DNA of 64,000 nt from Candidatus Woesearchaeota archaeon (GCA_964534185.1 CAZHOH010000001.1:19669-83668), one strand, 5' to 3'. Shown: positions 23,594 to 33,287, counted from the first letter of the stretch. Numbers and translations are program-made. The notes: generated by a model from the sequence alone, not told the origin.

Positions 23594-24347
23594 CGTCAAC
23601 TGCTGCCTTGGCTGCAGCCACAACTGCAGGTACTGCTACGCCCGGGCCAACGCGATGCGCTTCGGCAAAATATCATCCCCCGGGGAATGGTCCGATGAAC
23701 AGGTCAATGACAAGGCCCTCGAGAAGAAGTTCGGGAAGAAGGCCGCGGGGCGACGGTTCATGTTCCCGACCACCCACGACATTACTCCCACGAACGTCGA
23801 CGCCTGTCTGAAACTGCTGAAGAACGTCCTCTCCCCCGGGAACGAGGTTCTGATCGTCAGCAAGCCCCACCTCGAGTGCATCTCGCGCCTGACCGACGAG
23901 CTGGTCCAGTTTAAGGGACAGTGCATGTTCCGGTTCACAATCGGGGCCTCTGACGACGACATCCTGTCGTTTTGGGAGCCAGGCGCCCCTGGATTCAAAG
24001 AGAGGTTGGATTCTCTGCGTCTCGCTCGCGACCGCGGGTGGCAGACCTCAGTCAGCGCAGAACCCATGCTTGACGCGGACAATGCCTACGATCTCTTCCA
24101 TGCCCTGGAGCCATGGGTCACCGACAGCATCTGGATTGGCAAGATGAACCGCATCACCCTTCGTGTCATCGACAATGATGACCCCCTGGTCTCGAGGCAC
24201 GTCGCGAAGATAGAGGCGGGCCAGACTGACGAGCGGGTGAGGCAGATTTACGAGATGCTGAGGAACGAGCCGAAGGTCAGGTGGAAGGAGTCGTACAAGA
24301 AGGTCACTGGGATCGAACTATCCCAAGAGGCCGGACTTGACATTTGA
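23553..24347 (+). CDS. radical SAM protein (COG1533/SplB-like by motif)
   Basis: Trimmed to ATG 23553, which has AGGAG upstream; it overlaps the previous stop. Motif NCCLGCSHNCRYCYA. Confidence 0.6.
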   Translation: MSRISGTKEWATDSVNCCLGCSHNCRYCYARANAMRFGKISSPGEWSDEQVNDKALEKKFGKKAAGRRFMFPTTHDITPTNVDACLKLLKNVLSPGNEVLIVSKPHLECISRLTDELVQFKGQCMFRFTIGASDDDILSFWEPGAPGFKERLDSLRLARDRGWQTSVSAEPMLDADNAYDLFHALEPWVTDSIWIGKMNRITLRVIDNDDPLVSRHVAKIEAGQTDERVRQIYEMLRNEPKVRWKESYKKVTGIELSQEAGLDI

Positions 24348-24599
24348 GCCAATCCTGTTGCATTTTGCAACCTCTCGCAAGGATTGTGCGTGAACTAGGT
24401 TGTGCGCCGCTCCCGTCGCTGGAGGCAAAACCTGTTCCATCGTTGTGACACAAACCGAGTAAACCATAGCCGGTTCCACGGGTGTAGGCACTACGTAGGG
24501 CGCAGGTTTCGTTGTCACGAAGTTAAGGATCTCGCGATTCCAGTTTTCAGTGAAGTTGGATAGATTCACACAGATATCAGGTGGCACGGTCTCTGGATG

Positions 24600-24938
24600 T
24601 TACGCAGCGCCCAAGTTCAGTTCTGACATGACGCTTGAAAGCTCATTTACTGAACCTGGCTTCTTGAGGGTATGGCCTGACCGACGGATGTCCGACCATA
24701 GAACAACGGTCGCGGAAATGCCATCAAGCTGTTGCTTGATCTCGTCTTCCTCCATGGAGACCGAGAGGTCGGCGAGAACCAATTGGTAGTCCTTCAGTTG
24801 TAGGCGCCTTCGTACCTCGTAGACATTTGACGCAGTGTCGATTACTGCGTTCAGGAGGTTCTCGGAAAGAATGCTTTGAATTTCCTTGGCATAAACCTTA
24901 TTTGTATCAACTACCAGAATCATGGTCGGTCTGCCCAT
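24600..24938 (-). CDS. stand-alone response-regulator receiver (REC/CheY-like) domain protein
   Basis: MILVVDTN..., LVLADLSV (phospho-acceptor Asp context), and a later KP motif (TLKKPGS). Confidence 0.5.
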   Translation of the reverse strand: MGRPTMILVVDTNKVYAKEIQSILSENLLNAVIDTASNVYEVRRRLQLKDYQLVLADLSVSMEEDEIKQQLDGISATVVLWSDIRRSGHTLKKPGSVNELSSVMSELNLGAA

Positions 24939-25506
24939 CACGGAAACTCCCTTCCCTCGACAGGATTCGCGTCTCTAAGGTATGCGCATTCGTCTCTGAT
25001 CTTTCTCTTCGGTCTTCCCTGTATTCTTTCCTTGTGAGGAAGTCCTTGCCAAATCCGACTAGGGTTTCTCGCGCATCGGCAAGATCCTCGCGCATCTTCT
25101 CCACTGTCTTGCCTATCGCGCACAGATCCCACTCTAGTCGCTCGATTACCTTGACGCTGACGGCCCCCTGCTCCTTGACCTTGGACAACTCGTCCTTCAG
25201 GCTGTTTATGGCATCGCTCAGGGAAGCACTGGTATGGTCTAGAACCTCCATTCTCTTCATGTAGACTTCGATTTCGATGACCTTATCGAAAACTCGCCCG
25301 AACTTCTGGGCCTTCTCCTCGATGATCGATACCTTCCCCTGTAGGCGCGGCAGTTCGCCGAGTTGCTTCTCCATGTTGCCCCAGCGTTTCTCGTCGCTGT
25401 TGCGAATGATCTTGATCAGCAACATGAACATGCCGCTGATGACGCCAACGGCGGCCAGAACCGTGGTCAGGTCCAGCGGGATTGTTACGTTCGCGTTTGC
25501 AAGCAT
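24907..25506 (-). CDS. membrane-anchored coiled-coil protein
   Basis: N-terminal hydrophobic helix TTVLAAVGVISGMFMLLI, followed by heptad-like charged sequence. Confidence 0.5.
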   Translation of the reverse strand: MLANANVTIPLDLTTVLAAVGVISGMFMLLIKIIRNSDEKRWGNMEKQLGELPRLQGKVSIIEEKAQKFGRVFDKVIEIEVYMKRMEVLDHTSASLSDAINSLKDELSKVKEQGAVSVKVIERLEWDLCAIGKTVEKMREDLADARETLVGFGKDFLTRKEYREDRRERSETNAHTLETRILSREGSFRDGQTDHDSGS

Positions 25507-25523
25507 TGGGTTCTCCCGGAGGT

Positions 25524-26159
25524 TCACCCGTATCTTCTATTCAAAGCAATGGTGTTCCTGTTGCCCTTACAATTCATCAATACCCATGAGCGAGCCGTCT
25601 CTACAATTCCAGCAATGTCCCTAATTCTTTTTAAGGCGTCGTCAAGTTCATCGTCGTCATCAATCCCGTTGAATGGGGAGACCTTGATCACCCTCTCCGC
25701 CGATACCCCGCTGGCCTCCATCTTGCGCTCTGTATTTGGGTGACCAACAGGAAGGTCGTCCACCAAGACGCCCTTCTCGAAGCGCGGAACAACGTCGTAC
25801 CTGTCCCGGCCAATGACGTCCTTGAACCAGCCATGGATTCCCATGGCTTCCATCGGATCTTTTTGGCCACTAGACGTTCCCATGGTCAGGCAATAGACGT
25901 CAGGGGTCATCGTCTTCACCGCCTCGACGAAAGCGGCGGCACCGGGGCGCATTGACACGAGGTGTCGGAATCCACCTCGCTCAAATATGGAAAAAGGAAC
26001 GTTGCAGTCCCTCTCCACCTCTCTTCTTAGTTCCTCTTCGTTCATGTTGAGGACATGCAGGCCCCCTAGGCCCGTCCTCCGGAACAACGGGTGAGACTTG
26101 CAGTATGACTGCAGTATCAGAGTATGGTCAAGATCTATGAACACACCTAAGTCAGACAT
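25524..26159 (-). CDS. HAD-superfamily phosphatase, FCP1/NIF (CTD-phosphatase)-like
   Basis: Trimmed to ATG 26159. DxDxT motif VFIDLDHTLI at the N-terminus, then VSMRPGAAAFV and VLVDDLP. Confidence 0.6.
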   Translation of the reverse strand: MSDLGVFIDLDHTLILQSYCKSHPLFRRTGLGGLHVLNMNEEELRREVERDCNVPFSIFERGGFRHLVSMRPGAAAFVEAVKTMTPDVYCLTMGTSSGQKDPMEAMGIHGWFKDVIGRDRYDVVPRFEKGVLVDDLPVGHPNTERKMEASGVSAERVIKVSPFNGIDDDDELDDALKRIRDIAGIVETARSWVLMNCKGNRNTIALNRRYG

Positions 26160-26290
26160 GGGATCGTTCCTGCTTTGATTCCTTCCGTAGCTTCTTTCCT
26201 TTTCTTTTGTTCCATAGCGCGCAGAAACAGTCCTTGAGGCCTCGAAAGGAACTGCCGACAAGTCAACGAACAGATATTTGAGGAGATGAT

Positions 26291-26998
26291 ATGCGATCCA
26301 TAGGCTGGATAGACAGAAACTGCCGCTTCGCGCAGATACTGGCCCCGGAGCAGGCCAAGCAAGTAGAAGAACAATTGCTCGCCCCCGGGGAGTCCCCTGC
26401 GATGATCGGGACTCCAGAGGTAAACATCATCGGTGACCATCCGGTCGACTTGAACGTCGGCGGCCACCAGATACACATCGACCTCACGATATCCAAGGTC
26501 TTCGAGGCTATAAAGTCGTACCTGCAGCAGATGCAATCCGCGCCCCTGACCGAACCGGATTTGGCCAGTCTGGCAGGAAAGATTGCCGACAAACTAGGCA
26601 GCATAACGACCGTGGTTGTAGGTGACTTCGGAGAAGGCGAGTTCGGACACGCTTCTTCCGCCACGCCTCATACAGTCTACATAAACTGGGATGGCATGAT
26701 ACGCCTCATACAAAACGCCTTGGACATGCAAGTGGGGCAACTGGCGGCCCAGATGAACGTCCCCCCCGAGGAGATCATCAAGGCTGACGGGGTCGAGGAC
26801 AAAGTGCGCATCAAGGTCGCTGAGCAACTTTTCGAGTGGGCCAAGAAAACGATCCCCCACGAGATGCAGCATGCCTCGGACTTCCAGGAAATTCTGCGGC
26901 AGATGATACTCTCCGGGGAGGGGGATCTGTCCCAGGCCTCAGAGGCGCGGGCCGAGCAACAAGAAGGAACCGCCGGAATAGCGACTGTCCCCATATAA
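26291..26998 (+). CDS. hypothetical protein with HExxH motif (possible Zn-metallopeptidase)
   Basis: GAGGAG ribosome-binding site. TIPHEMQHASDF motif. Confidence 0.5.
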   Translation: MRSIGWIDRNCRFAQILAPEQAKQVEEQLLAPGESPAMIGTPEVNIIGDHPVDLNVGGHQIHIDLTISKVFEAIKSYLQQMQSAPLTEPDLASLAGKIADKLGSITTVVVGDFGEGEFGHASSATPHTVYINWDGMIRLIQNALDMQVGQLAAQMNVPPEEIIKADGVEDKVRIKVAEQLFEWAKKTIPHEMQHASDFQEILRQMILSGEGDLSQASEARAEQQEGTAGIATVPI

Positions 26999-27051
26999 TC
27001 ATTGCATCGCGATTAGCCCACTTTTTCGCATCATTGACAGTGGAGAGAGAA

Positions 27052-27423
27052 ATGGAGACCAAGGACTGGATCAAGTCTAAGGTGGGAGACCGTGACGTGG
27101 TCGTCATGGAGCACCTGAGCAAGTTCATCGTGTGGCTCGGCGAGCACGAGCATTACTTCGCGGCGGGCCCAGAGGACAACCAGCCCGTGCCGATAGCATC
27201 CTCGCCCAAGAGCACTTCCGCCGAGGACATCAAGAAGTCCTTCCTGGGCCTGTGTCGAGAGAAACTGCTCGCGGAGATGCTCGTCTGGAACAAACTAGCG
27301 GAGAAAATGGCCGACGAGGCCGCGATCTCGGGGGACTGCCGGGTCACATACCAGGACATCCTGGATTTCCTTGGGAATCAGTATCAAGTAAGCCCGTACG
27401 AAGACAAGGAGGGTGACAAGTAG
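27052..27423 (+). CDS. hypothetical protein (123 aa)
   Basis: ATG at 27052 with GGAGAG upstream. Confidence 0.5.
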   Translation: METKDWIKSKVGDRDVVVMEHLSKFIVWLGEHEHYFAAGPEDNQPVPIASSPKSTSAEDIKKSFLGLCREKLLAEMLVWNKLAEKMADEAAISGDCRVTYQDILDFLGNQYQVSPYEDKEGDK

Positions 27424-27791
27424 TGGCTACTGCAACACTGTTTGTTAGGTTCAAGAGCGAGGAATTCGCCAATTCGCAATCTTTCGATCCAGACATCGTC
27501 TACCCCGTCTACGAGATTGACATCGAGGAAGACGAGCAAGGAGGGGCCTCAACGGTCTTCTTGCTCGCCAACAGATCCGGTGACTTCAAGTGGATAAAGA
27601 TGGATGACGTGCGAAGGGCATCTCCTCCCAGGCAAGGCGGCGGCAACAGTGGCTTCTTCAAGAAGGGCCAGCGCGACCGTCGACGGGATAATCAGGAAGA
27701 GAAGTCAGGCAACGTGAAGAATGACGCGAACCCATACGTGCGCCGCCACGGCAGCATCCTCGGGGGGCGAGACCCCGGTAGCCTGAGCTGA
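27423..27791 (+). CDS. hypothetical protein (122 aa, basic C-terminus)
   Basis: GTG start overlapping the previous stop. Confidence 0.45.
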   Translation: MATATLFVRFKSEEFANSQSFDPDIVYPVYEIDIEEDEQGGASTVFLLANRSGDFKWIKMDDVRRASPPRQGGGNSGFFKKGQRDRRRDNQEEKSGNVKNDANPYVRRHGSILGGRDPGSLS

Positions 27792-27843
27792 GAGGATGTT
27801 GTGCGTCGCTCCCCGAAGTAAAACGTAGCAAGGAGAGCGAGTC

Positions 27844-28221
27844 ATGAAACTTCCTAAGCCTGTGACAGTTCGTTACGCGCAAACAATCCCTGGGGTTCAG
27901 GGCATACCCGCGGCCCCTGCCGCGGAGCCGATGGTCGAGCTTGACCCAACCTTTATCGCCGAGGGCATCCAGAGCATGCCCGACGTGGCAAAGGACGTAA
28001 TCACTAACAACCCGGAACCCATGGTCGAGGTCATTAGCCGGCACCCCGAGGTGATTGCCAAAAACCCCGCCGTTATGGATTCGCTTATGCGTGACGCGAA
28101 CTTTCCTGTATACCTCTCGCACCAGCCCGCCTTCGTGAACATGATCGTGCAGAACCCGGCCTTCGCGCAGTGGCTGTCCACGCGCGCGGCCCAAGCAGCC
28201 CAAGCGGCAGGATATGCGTAA
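27844..28221 (+). CDS. hypothetical protein (125 aa)
   Basis: AAGGAGAG ribosome-binding site. Internal repeats NPEPMVEV / HPEVIAKNPAVM. Confidence 0.5.
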   Translation: MKLPKPVTVRYAQTIPGVQGIPAAPAAEPMVELDPTFIAEGIQSMPDVAKDVITNNPEPMVEVISRHPEVIAKNPAVMDSLMRDANFPVYLSHQPAFVNMIVQNPAFAQWLSTRAAQAAQAAGYA

Positions 28222-28225
28222 CCAC

Positions 28226-29638
28226 TCAGATAGTCCCGAACTTCTCCCCGGCGAGCGCCAAGACGTCAGGGTATAGAACCCCGAAGTTCGCCAGCCTCGC
28301 GTGGCTAAGGCCCCTCTCGAAGTGAATTATCGGGGGCTCGTTGCCCAGCGGATCAGAGATGATCCTGCTTGAGAAGTCGACCGTCGCGGGAACCGACGTC
28401 CAGAACCTGTTCATGGAGAAGTCGTCTTCGCCAACCTCGAACGACATCAGCAGGCTGACCTCGTCCATCGTCCTGTCAAGACTGATGTCCCCGGCTTCTA
28501 GGTGTCGCGACATTGCCTCGTACTTGTCAAGGATGCGCCCTGCCGGCCCGCCGTGAAGTCCTCCGTGCGGCATCCCTCCCACGGGGGCCGGGGACCCCGT
28601 CCGAGGGTCGGGCTCCGAGTATGCCGCCAGGACGCGGACGTACTTGTCCTGGAGGCCAGGCATCTTCTTCACGAATAGTTCCTGCCCGTGCCAGGACCCA
28701 AAAGCGCACCTCTCCCGGATGACAGGGAAAATGTCCGCCATGCTTGATTGCACCCAGGCGTCCGTGTCCATGAACAGCACGGGGGACTCCGGGGGGCATT
28801 GTCGAAGCAGGGGCCTGATGTCCAGGAACCTCTGAACCATCATCTTCCCCGGGGGAGGCCCCTTGGGACAGACCTCTACGCCAAGCCTGTCAAGGGCATC
28901 CGTTTGCCGCTGACCCAGGTCGCCATAGACGAGGTGCGCGATCCTGCCATGGTATCCTCCAAGCATCCTAAGGCTGACCGCTTGATCGATCGCCCATGGC
29001 CAGAAGTCGGGGGTATAGCAGCCAACCTGAAGGACATCCTCCCCGCCGTCCATGGGGCGCAGGTTGCCCCGGGACGGCCACTCGAGGCCGAGGGCGGAGA
29101 GCAACGCGCTACGGTGCCCCGGGCCAAGTCCGCCCTCCATCGACCCCAGCAACGCGGGGTCGACCACCCTCCCGGGGAAGTCACGCATCAGCTCGGCATG
29201 TCCATAGCCCGGGTCTCCATGTCCCATGTATGACTCGACGGGCAACAGGTATAGGTTGGGGAACTCGCGAAGGAGGTAGGATACGTACCTGGCGTATTTC
29301 TCTCCTAGGCCTCCCTCGTATTTGTTGTGAACCCTGCTCCTCTCGCTGACGTTCCTGTGGCCCGGCACGAAGTCACGGTCGCTCTCCACGGAGTCGCGAT
29401 ACAGGGTGGCGCCTACGCCGCAAGGCGGGAGCAAGTATACCACGAAGCGACAGTTGCGCGCGTTGCCGCGGAGCCACCTCAGGGCGATGTCGGCACATAC
29501 CGTGTAGGACTCGCCATGGGGACGGCCCGTCTTGCGCTCGCACCAGACCCAGTCTTGCCTGCCTGATCCAGACCGGGTCACCGCGCCAGCCAGCAGCGGA
29601 TCGATGTGCTCGCGAAGCCCAATGATGCCGTATCGCAT
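28226..29638 (-). CDS. hypothetical protein (470 aa), possible nucleotide-sugar transferase
   Basis: Long ORF with ATG at 29638. FMDTDAWV (DxD-like) is the only hint of function. Confidence 0.55.
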   Translation of the reverse strand: MRYGIIGLREHIDPLLAGAVTRSGSGRQDWVWCERKTGRPHGESYTVCADIALRWLRGNARNCRFVVYLLPPCGVGATLYRDSVESDRDFVPGHRNVSERSRVHNKYEGGLGEKYARYVSYLLREFPNLYLLPVESYMGHGDPGYGHAELMRDFPGRVVDPALLGSMEGGLGPGHRSALLSALGLEWPSRGNLRPMDGGEDVLQVGCYTPDFWPWAIDQAVSLRMLGGYHGRIAHLVYGDLGQRQTDALDRLGVEVCPKGPPPGKMMVQRFLDIRPLLRQCPPESPVLFMDTDAWVQSSMADIFPVIRERCAFGSWHGQELFVKKMPGLQDKYVRVLAAYSEPDPRTGSPAPVGGMPHGGLHGGPAGRILDKYEAMSRHLEAGDISLDRTMDEVSLLMSFEVGEDDFSMNRFWTSVPATVDFSSRIISDPLGNEPPIIHFERGLSHARLANFGVLYPDVLALAGEKFGTI

Positions 29639-29643
29639 GGGGG

Positions 29644-30600
29644 CTATTCCTGGGTCTCCCCCTTGTAGAGAGACGTGCCGAAGGAGTGCAGGTAGTCGGT
29701 GAATACAGACGTCGGGTCAGGATCGCTCCTGATGAGACGGGAGGTATACTCGCTCCTCGAGTCAATCATGTCTATGTAGTGCAGGGTCATCGCCTCGGTC
29801 GTCGCGGGGGCCACGGGCGACCCCCACTCGAGCTTGCCGTGGTGGCTCAGGATCATGTGCAGGACTAGCATCCTCAACTCCTGCGGGAACCCGTCGATGC
29901 CAGAGATGGCCTTGTCCACGTAGTTCGCCCCTAGGAATATGTGCCCGAGCATCACCACCGGGGGGGTTATCTCACGATCCAGGTAGTCCTTGTAGTTCCA
30001 TACCTTGCCAATGTCATGCAGCATCGCCCCCGCGACCAGGATGTCCTTGTCCAGCCTCGGGTTGGACTCGCAGAACGACGCCGCGGCGCGGGCCATCATG
30101 CAGGAGTGTTCCAGCAGACCCCCGCGGAAGCAGTGGTGGTTGTTGCGGGCGGCCGGGAGCTGGCTGAACTTCTGCCACAGTGGCAGCGACTCGAACACCT
30201 TCTTCAGGAGGGCCTTGAGGTGCTCGTTGCTAACCTCGTCGATGTAGTCGAGGAACTCGGTTCCAAGAGCGTCCAGGTCGAAGGAAGACGACATCACGAT
30301 GTCATTCATGTCGTACTCGGACTCCTCCGCGGGCCGCGCGTCCTTGATGGTCAAGCTGTTGATGTTCTTGTAGACGTCGACGTGCCCAGTCATCCGCACG
30401 ACGGTTCCGACGGGGAAGTTGCTTTTCAGGGTCTCCTGCGCCGCGTCCCACATCCGGCCCTCGATCTGGCCCGTCTTGTCGACGAGCGTGGCCTGGATGT
30501 ATTTCGACTGGTTCTTGGCCTTTCGCACGCGCGCCTGTGAGACGTAGAAGCAAGAATCGAATGCCTCCCCGCCGACGAGATCCTTGATCAATGTCTTCAT
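29644..30600 (-). CDS. OB-fold + HD-domain 3'-5' exoribonuclease, YhaM-like
   Basis: Trimmed to ATG 30600. GGLLEHSCMMARAA...AMLHDIGKV HD signature, with an N-terminal OB-like region. Confidence 0.65.
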   Translation of the reverse strand: MKTLIKDLVGGEAFDSCFYVSQARVRKAKNQSKYIQATLVDKTGQIEGRMWDAAQETLKSNFPVGTVVRMTGHVDVYKNINSLTIKDARPAEESEYDMNDIVMSSSFDLDALGTEFLDYIDEVSNEHLKALLKKVFESLPLWQKFSQLPAARNNHHCFRGGLLEHSCMMARAAASFCESNPRLDKDILVAGAMLHDIGKVWNYKDYLDREITPPVVMLGHIFLGANYVDKAISGIDGFPQELRMLVLHMILSHHGKLEWGSPVAPATTEAMTLHYIDMIDSRSEYTSRLIRSDPDPTSVFTDYLHSFGTSLYKGETQE

Positions 30601-30713
30601 AAGCTCCCTCAATTCCAGCGGAAAAGTCCGTTACCGATTCAGATTCTACTACAGGCCCACGCAAGAAGCAAGCCTTGCACGCGCCTTCGCGAATCCGCCA
30701 ACTTAAGGGGATG

Positions 30714-30989
30714 TCAAACTCCAGAAATGTACTGGCTTACTTTTGCCATGGAACTGAGGCGGTAGAGCATGCCGGAGCCGACGTGCTGCACGATTATGTC
30801 CTCGTCCTCCCTGACGGGACGAGGATCCCCGTGGAAGAAGTCGGGAAGTTCCCGGACCCGCTCGAGGCCAGGGGCGCGCGCCAGCGCGGCGTCAACCCTC
30901 TTTAGTTCCGCTCCTTCAACGCGGAATACCTCGAGTTGTCCAAGTTTGCCGGCCTCGATCTTTTCGTCGCTGAGAATGCCTGAGATCAT
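30714..30989 (-). CDS. hypothetical protein (91 aa)
   Basis: ATG at 30989 with AGGAGGAGG upstream. The longer ORF extending to 31136 overlaps the AKR gene. Confidence 0.45.
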   Translation of the reverse strand: MISGILSDEKIEAGKLGQLEVFRVEGAELKRVDAALARAPGLERVRELPDFFHGDPRPVREDEDIIVQHVGSGMLYRLSSMAKVSQYISGV

Positions 30990-31047
30990 GCTGAGTCCTC
31001 CTCCTGAAACACCCAACATTATATTCGAAGCACGTCTCACGCAACAC

Positions 31048-32214
31048 TCACTCGGGGAACGGCTCCCCGCCTTTCTTCTTCTTCTTGGGATGGCCATAGG
31101 GATGTATATACTTCTCGCCCTTCTGTGAAGGGGCATATCCCTCGGAGATGTCCGTTTCGAAGTCTGGGCCGCAGACCCGGCACTTCTTGCCGCGGTGCGT
31201 TGATCCCGGGGCGGGACTCATGCTGACCTGGCCCTGCTCCTCTTCTTTCTCCTTGGCGAACCGGCAACTGGCGAGCAGCCAGGCCTTCTCTAGCTCTTCT
31301 TTGGAGGAATATCCACCGAACTTGTCCCTGAAGAACGCGCCGCGCCGCGGGTAAGACTTGGCCAGTTCCTCGATCTCCTCTATCCGTTTGTTCTCCAGTT
31401 GCTCGAAGGACTTCGCTATGGCCACGTTCTCCTCGAGTTGGGCCACGGAGTCCACCCCGGCAATCACCGTGCTGACAGGCTGAGACAACGCATACGAGAG
31501 CGCTTCCCAGGGGGTGGTGACCCCGCCTTCGCGGAATATAAATCCTTGCGCAAAGACTTTCATCCCCACGACCCCCATGCGTCGCCGTCGCGCGGCCGGG
31601 ATCAACTCGTCGGAGAAGCTCGGCTTCACGTGGACGTCCGCCGGGTTTACCGGACACAGGACGACGTCGAAGGAATGGCGCCTCATGGCCTCTATCAGCA
31701 CCCCTGGGTTCTCGTGTCCGGTTATGCCCAAGAACCGCACCATGCCCTCCTCCTGGGCCTTGAGGAGCGCCTTCATGGCTCCGTCGTCGCCAAATATCTG
31801 ATCCAGTTCTTCGGGGGTGGCCAGGTGGTGCAACTGCCACAAGTCGATATGGTCGGTTCTCAGTCGCTTGAGCGATGATTCCAAGAGTCCCATGGACGCC
31901 GAGTAGGATCTGTTGTGCGTCTTGGACGCCAGGAAGACCTTGTCGCGGAACCCATCAAGGGCCTCCCCGTACGCCAGTTCCGAGGCATGGTGCTTGCCAT
32001 ATATCGGTGACGTGTCAAAATAATTGACGCCAAGTTCATACGCGCGACGTATAATGTCTATGTTGCATTTCGCCCCTGGGTTGGATTCTAGCGAGCCCTG
32101 GCCGCCAAGGGAGAAGATTCCGACCTGGTGCCCTGTCCTCCCCAAGGGGCGCTTGGGCATCCTTTTGGCCGCGGCGAAGCGGCAATTTTGCAGTACCCAG
32201 TTTGACGTGATCAT
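31048..32214 (-). CDS. aldo/keto reductase with Cys-containing basic C-terminal extension
   Basis: MPKRPLGRTGHQVGIFSLGG, ELAYGEAL and DHIDLWQLHH. I chose the start at ATG 32214 (AGGAGAGGAG upstream). ATG 32160 is also possible. Confidence 0.75.
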   Translation of the reverse strand: MITSNWVLQNCRFAAAKRMPKRPLGRTGHQVGIFSLGGQGSLESNPGAKCNIDIIRRAYELGVNYFDTSPIYGKHHASELAYGEALDGFRDKVFLASKTHNRSYSASMGLLESSLKRLRTDHIDLWQLHHLATPEELDQIFGDDGAMKALLKAQEEGMVRFLGITGHENPGVLIEAMRRHSFDVVLCPVNPADVHVKPSFSDELIPAARRRRMGVVGMKVFAQGFIFREGGVTTPWEALSYALSQPVSTVIAGVDSVAQLEENVAIAKSFEQLENKRIEEIEELAKSYPRRGAFFRDKFGGYSSKEELEKAWLLASCRFAKEKEEEQGQVSMSPAPGSTHRGKKCRVCGPDFETDISEGYAPSQKGEKYIHPYGHPKKKKKGGEPFPE

Positions 32215-32350
32215 GAATTCTCCTCTCCTTGAAGTTCGCAAGGAGCCGAAAGCAATCCTTGAGCCGCTAAAACTTGAGTGTGCATCGCATGATGTCATCA
32301 TGTACTAATGCCCCCTGGCAAAGAGGGCTGCTATGTGGTGATGCAATAGA

Positions 32351-32713
32351 ATGAAGGGTCAGCCATGCGAGAACCAGACAACGAAAGGAAATATCGTGGG
32401 GGACACAGAAGATACACAGGCGATCAATGAGGCGATCAATGAGGCCATCGAACTGAATATAATGGGACAGGTTGGAGATCGCGTTCCAGACTATTGTTCG
32501 TCGCTGGACGCCGTAGCGGAGGCAGAAGCCAAGGCAAGAGAGATGGGCCTATGGCACGAGTATGGAAGGGCGCTGAAGGATCTGCTCCTAGGCAACGCCG
32601 ACCTGCTTGTAATGAGCACCGAGCAGTTCATGACAGGAGCTGCGGCCACGGCCGAACAGAGATCCCGGGCCATCCTGTCCGCTGTTAAACAAGCAAGGAA
32701 AGGAAAGAAGTAA
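32351..32713 (+). CDS. hypothetical protein (120 aa)
   Basis: ATG at 32351. Its C-terminal tail SAVKQARKGKK is shared with the next gene product. Confidence 0.5.
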   Translation: MKGQPCENQTTKGNIVGDTEDTQAINEAINEAIELNIMGQVGDRVPDYCSSLDAVAEAEAKAREMGLWHEYGRALKDLLLGNADLLVMSTEQFMTGAAATAEQRSRAILSAVKQARKGKK

Positions 32714-32748
32714 TGGCCAGGAGATTCTTCTACGACACAGAGTTCATA
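32675..32748 (+). repeat. 74-bp direct repeat, copy 1 (gene junction)
   Basis: CTGTCCGCTGTTAAACAAGCAAGGAAAGGAAAGAAGTAATGGCCAGGAGATTCTTCTACGACACAGAGTTCATA. Confidence 0.9.
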
Positions 32749-33252
32749 GAATATCCACCCCTGTTGAAGGACGGTCGATCCCGGAAGGGAACGATCGACC
32801 TAATAAGCATTGGCATCGTGTCAGAGGAAGGGGAGACGTTCTACGCCATCAACAGCCACTTCGATCCGACCATGGCCAACCAGTGGGTGACCGACAACGT
32901 CCTCTCGAAGCTCCCCTCGAGGGAGTCGCCGGAATGGATGTCCCTGCCGGCCATGAAGAAGAGGGTGCTAGGCTTCCTGCGGCCATCGAATGATGACCCG
33001 GTCGAGTTATGGGCATACTACGGGGACTATGACCACGTGGCCCTCTGCTGGTTATTCGGATCCATGGTCGAATTGCCAGAGGGAATGCCAATGCTAACCA
33101 TGGATCTGAAGCAACTTGCCAAGCACCTCGGGGATCCTGACCTACCCGAGCAAGGGGAAGGAGAGCACGATGCCCTCGAGGACGCTAAATGGAACCTCGA
33201 GGTCTTCGAGTTTCTGTCCGCTATTAAACAAGCAAGGGAAGGAAAGAAGTAA
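32713..33252 (+). CDS. DEDDh-family 3'-5' exonuclease
   Basis: FFYDTEFIE (Exo I), YYGDYDHVAL (Exo II) and HDALEDAKW (Exo III, H-x4-D). Confidence 0.7.
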   Translation: MARRFFYDTEFIEYPPLLKDGRSRKGTIDLISIGIVSEEGETFYAINSHFDPTMANQWVTDNVLSKLPSRESPEWMSLPAMKKRVLGFLRPSNDDPVELWAYYGDYDHVALCWLFGSMVELPEGMPMLTMDLKQLAKHLGDPDLPEQGEGEHDALEDAKWNLEVFEFLSAIKQAREGKK

Positions 33253-33287
33253 TGGCCAGGAGATTCTTATACGACACAGAGTTCATA
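33214..33287 (+). repeat. 74-bp direct repeat, copy 2
   Basis: Same sequence as 32675-32748, with 2 substitutions and a 1-nt insertion. Confidence 0.9.

Noticed and set aside
24348-24599. A 250-nt gap inspected for a tRNA or ncRNA gene, plus the 89-aa ORF 24318..24587
   Set aside because: I could not find a cloverleaf or T-loop-like GTTCGAATC motif. The ORF has a GTG start, no ribosome-binding site, and overlaps the radical SAM gene end. I cannot support either call without tRNAscan or Rfam.
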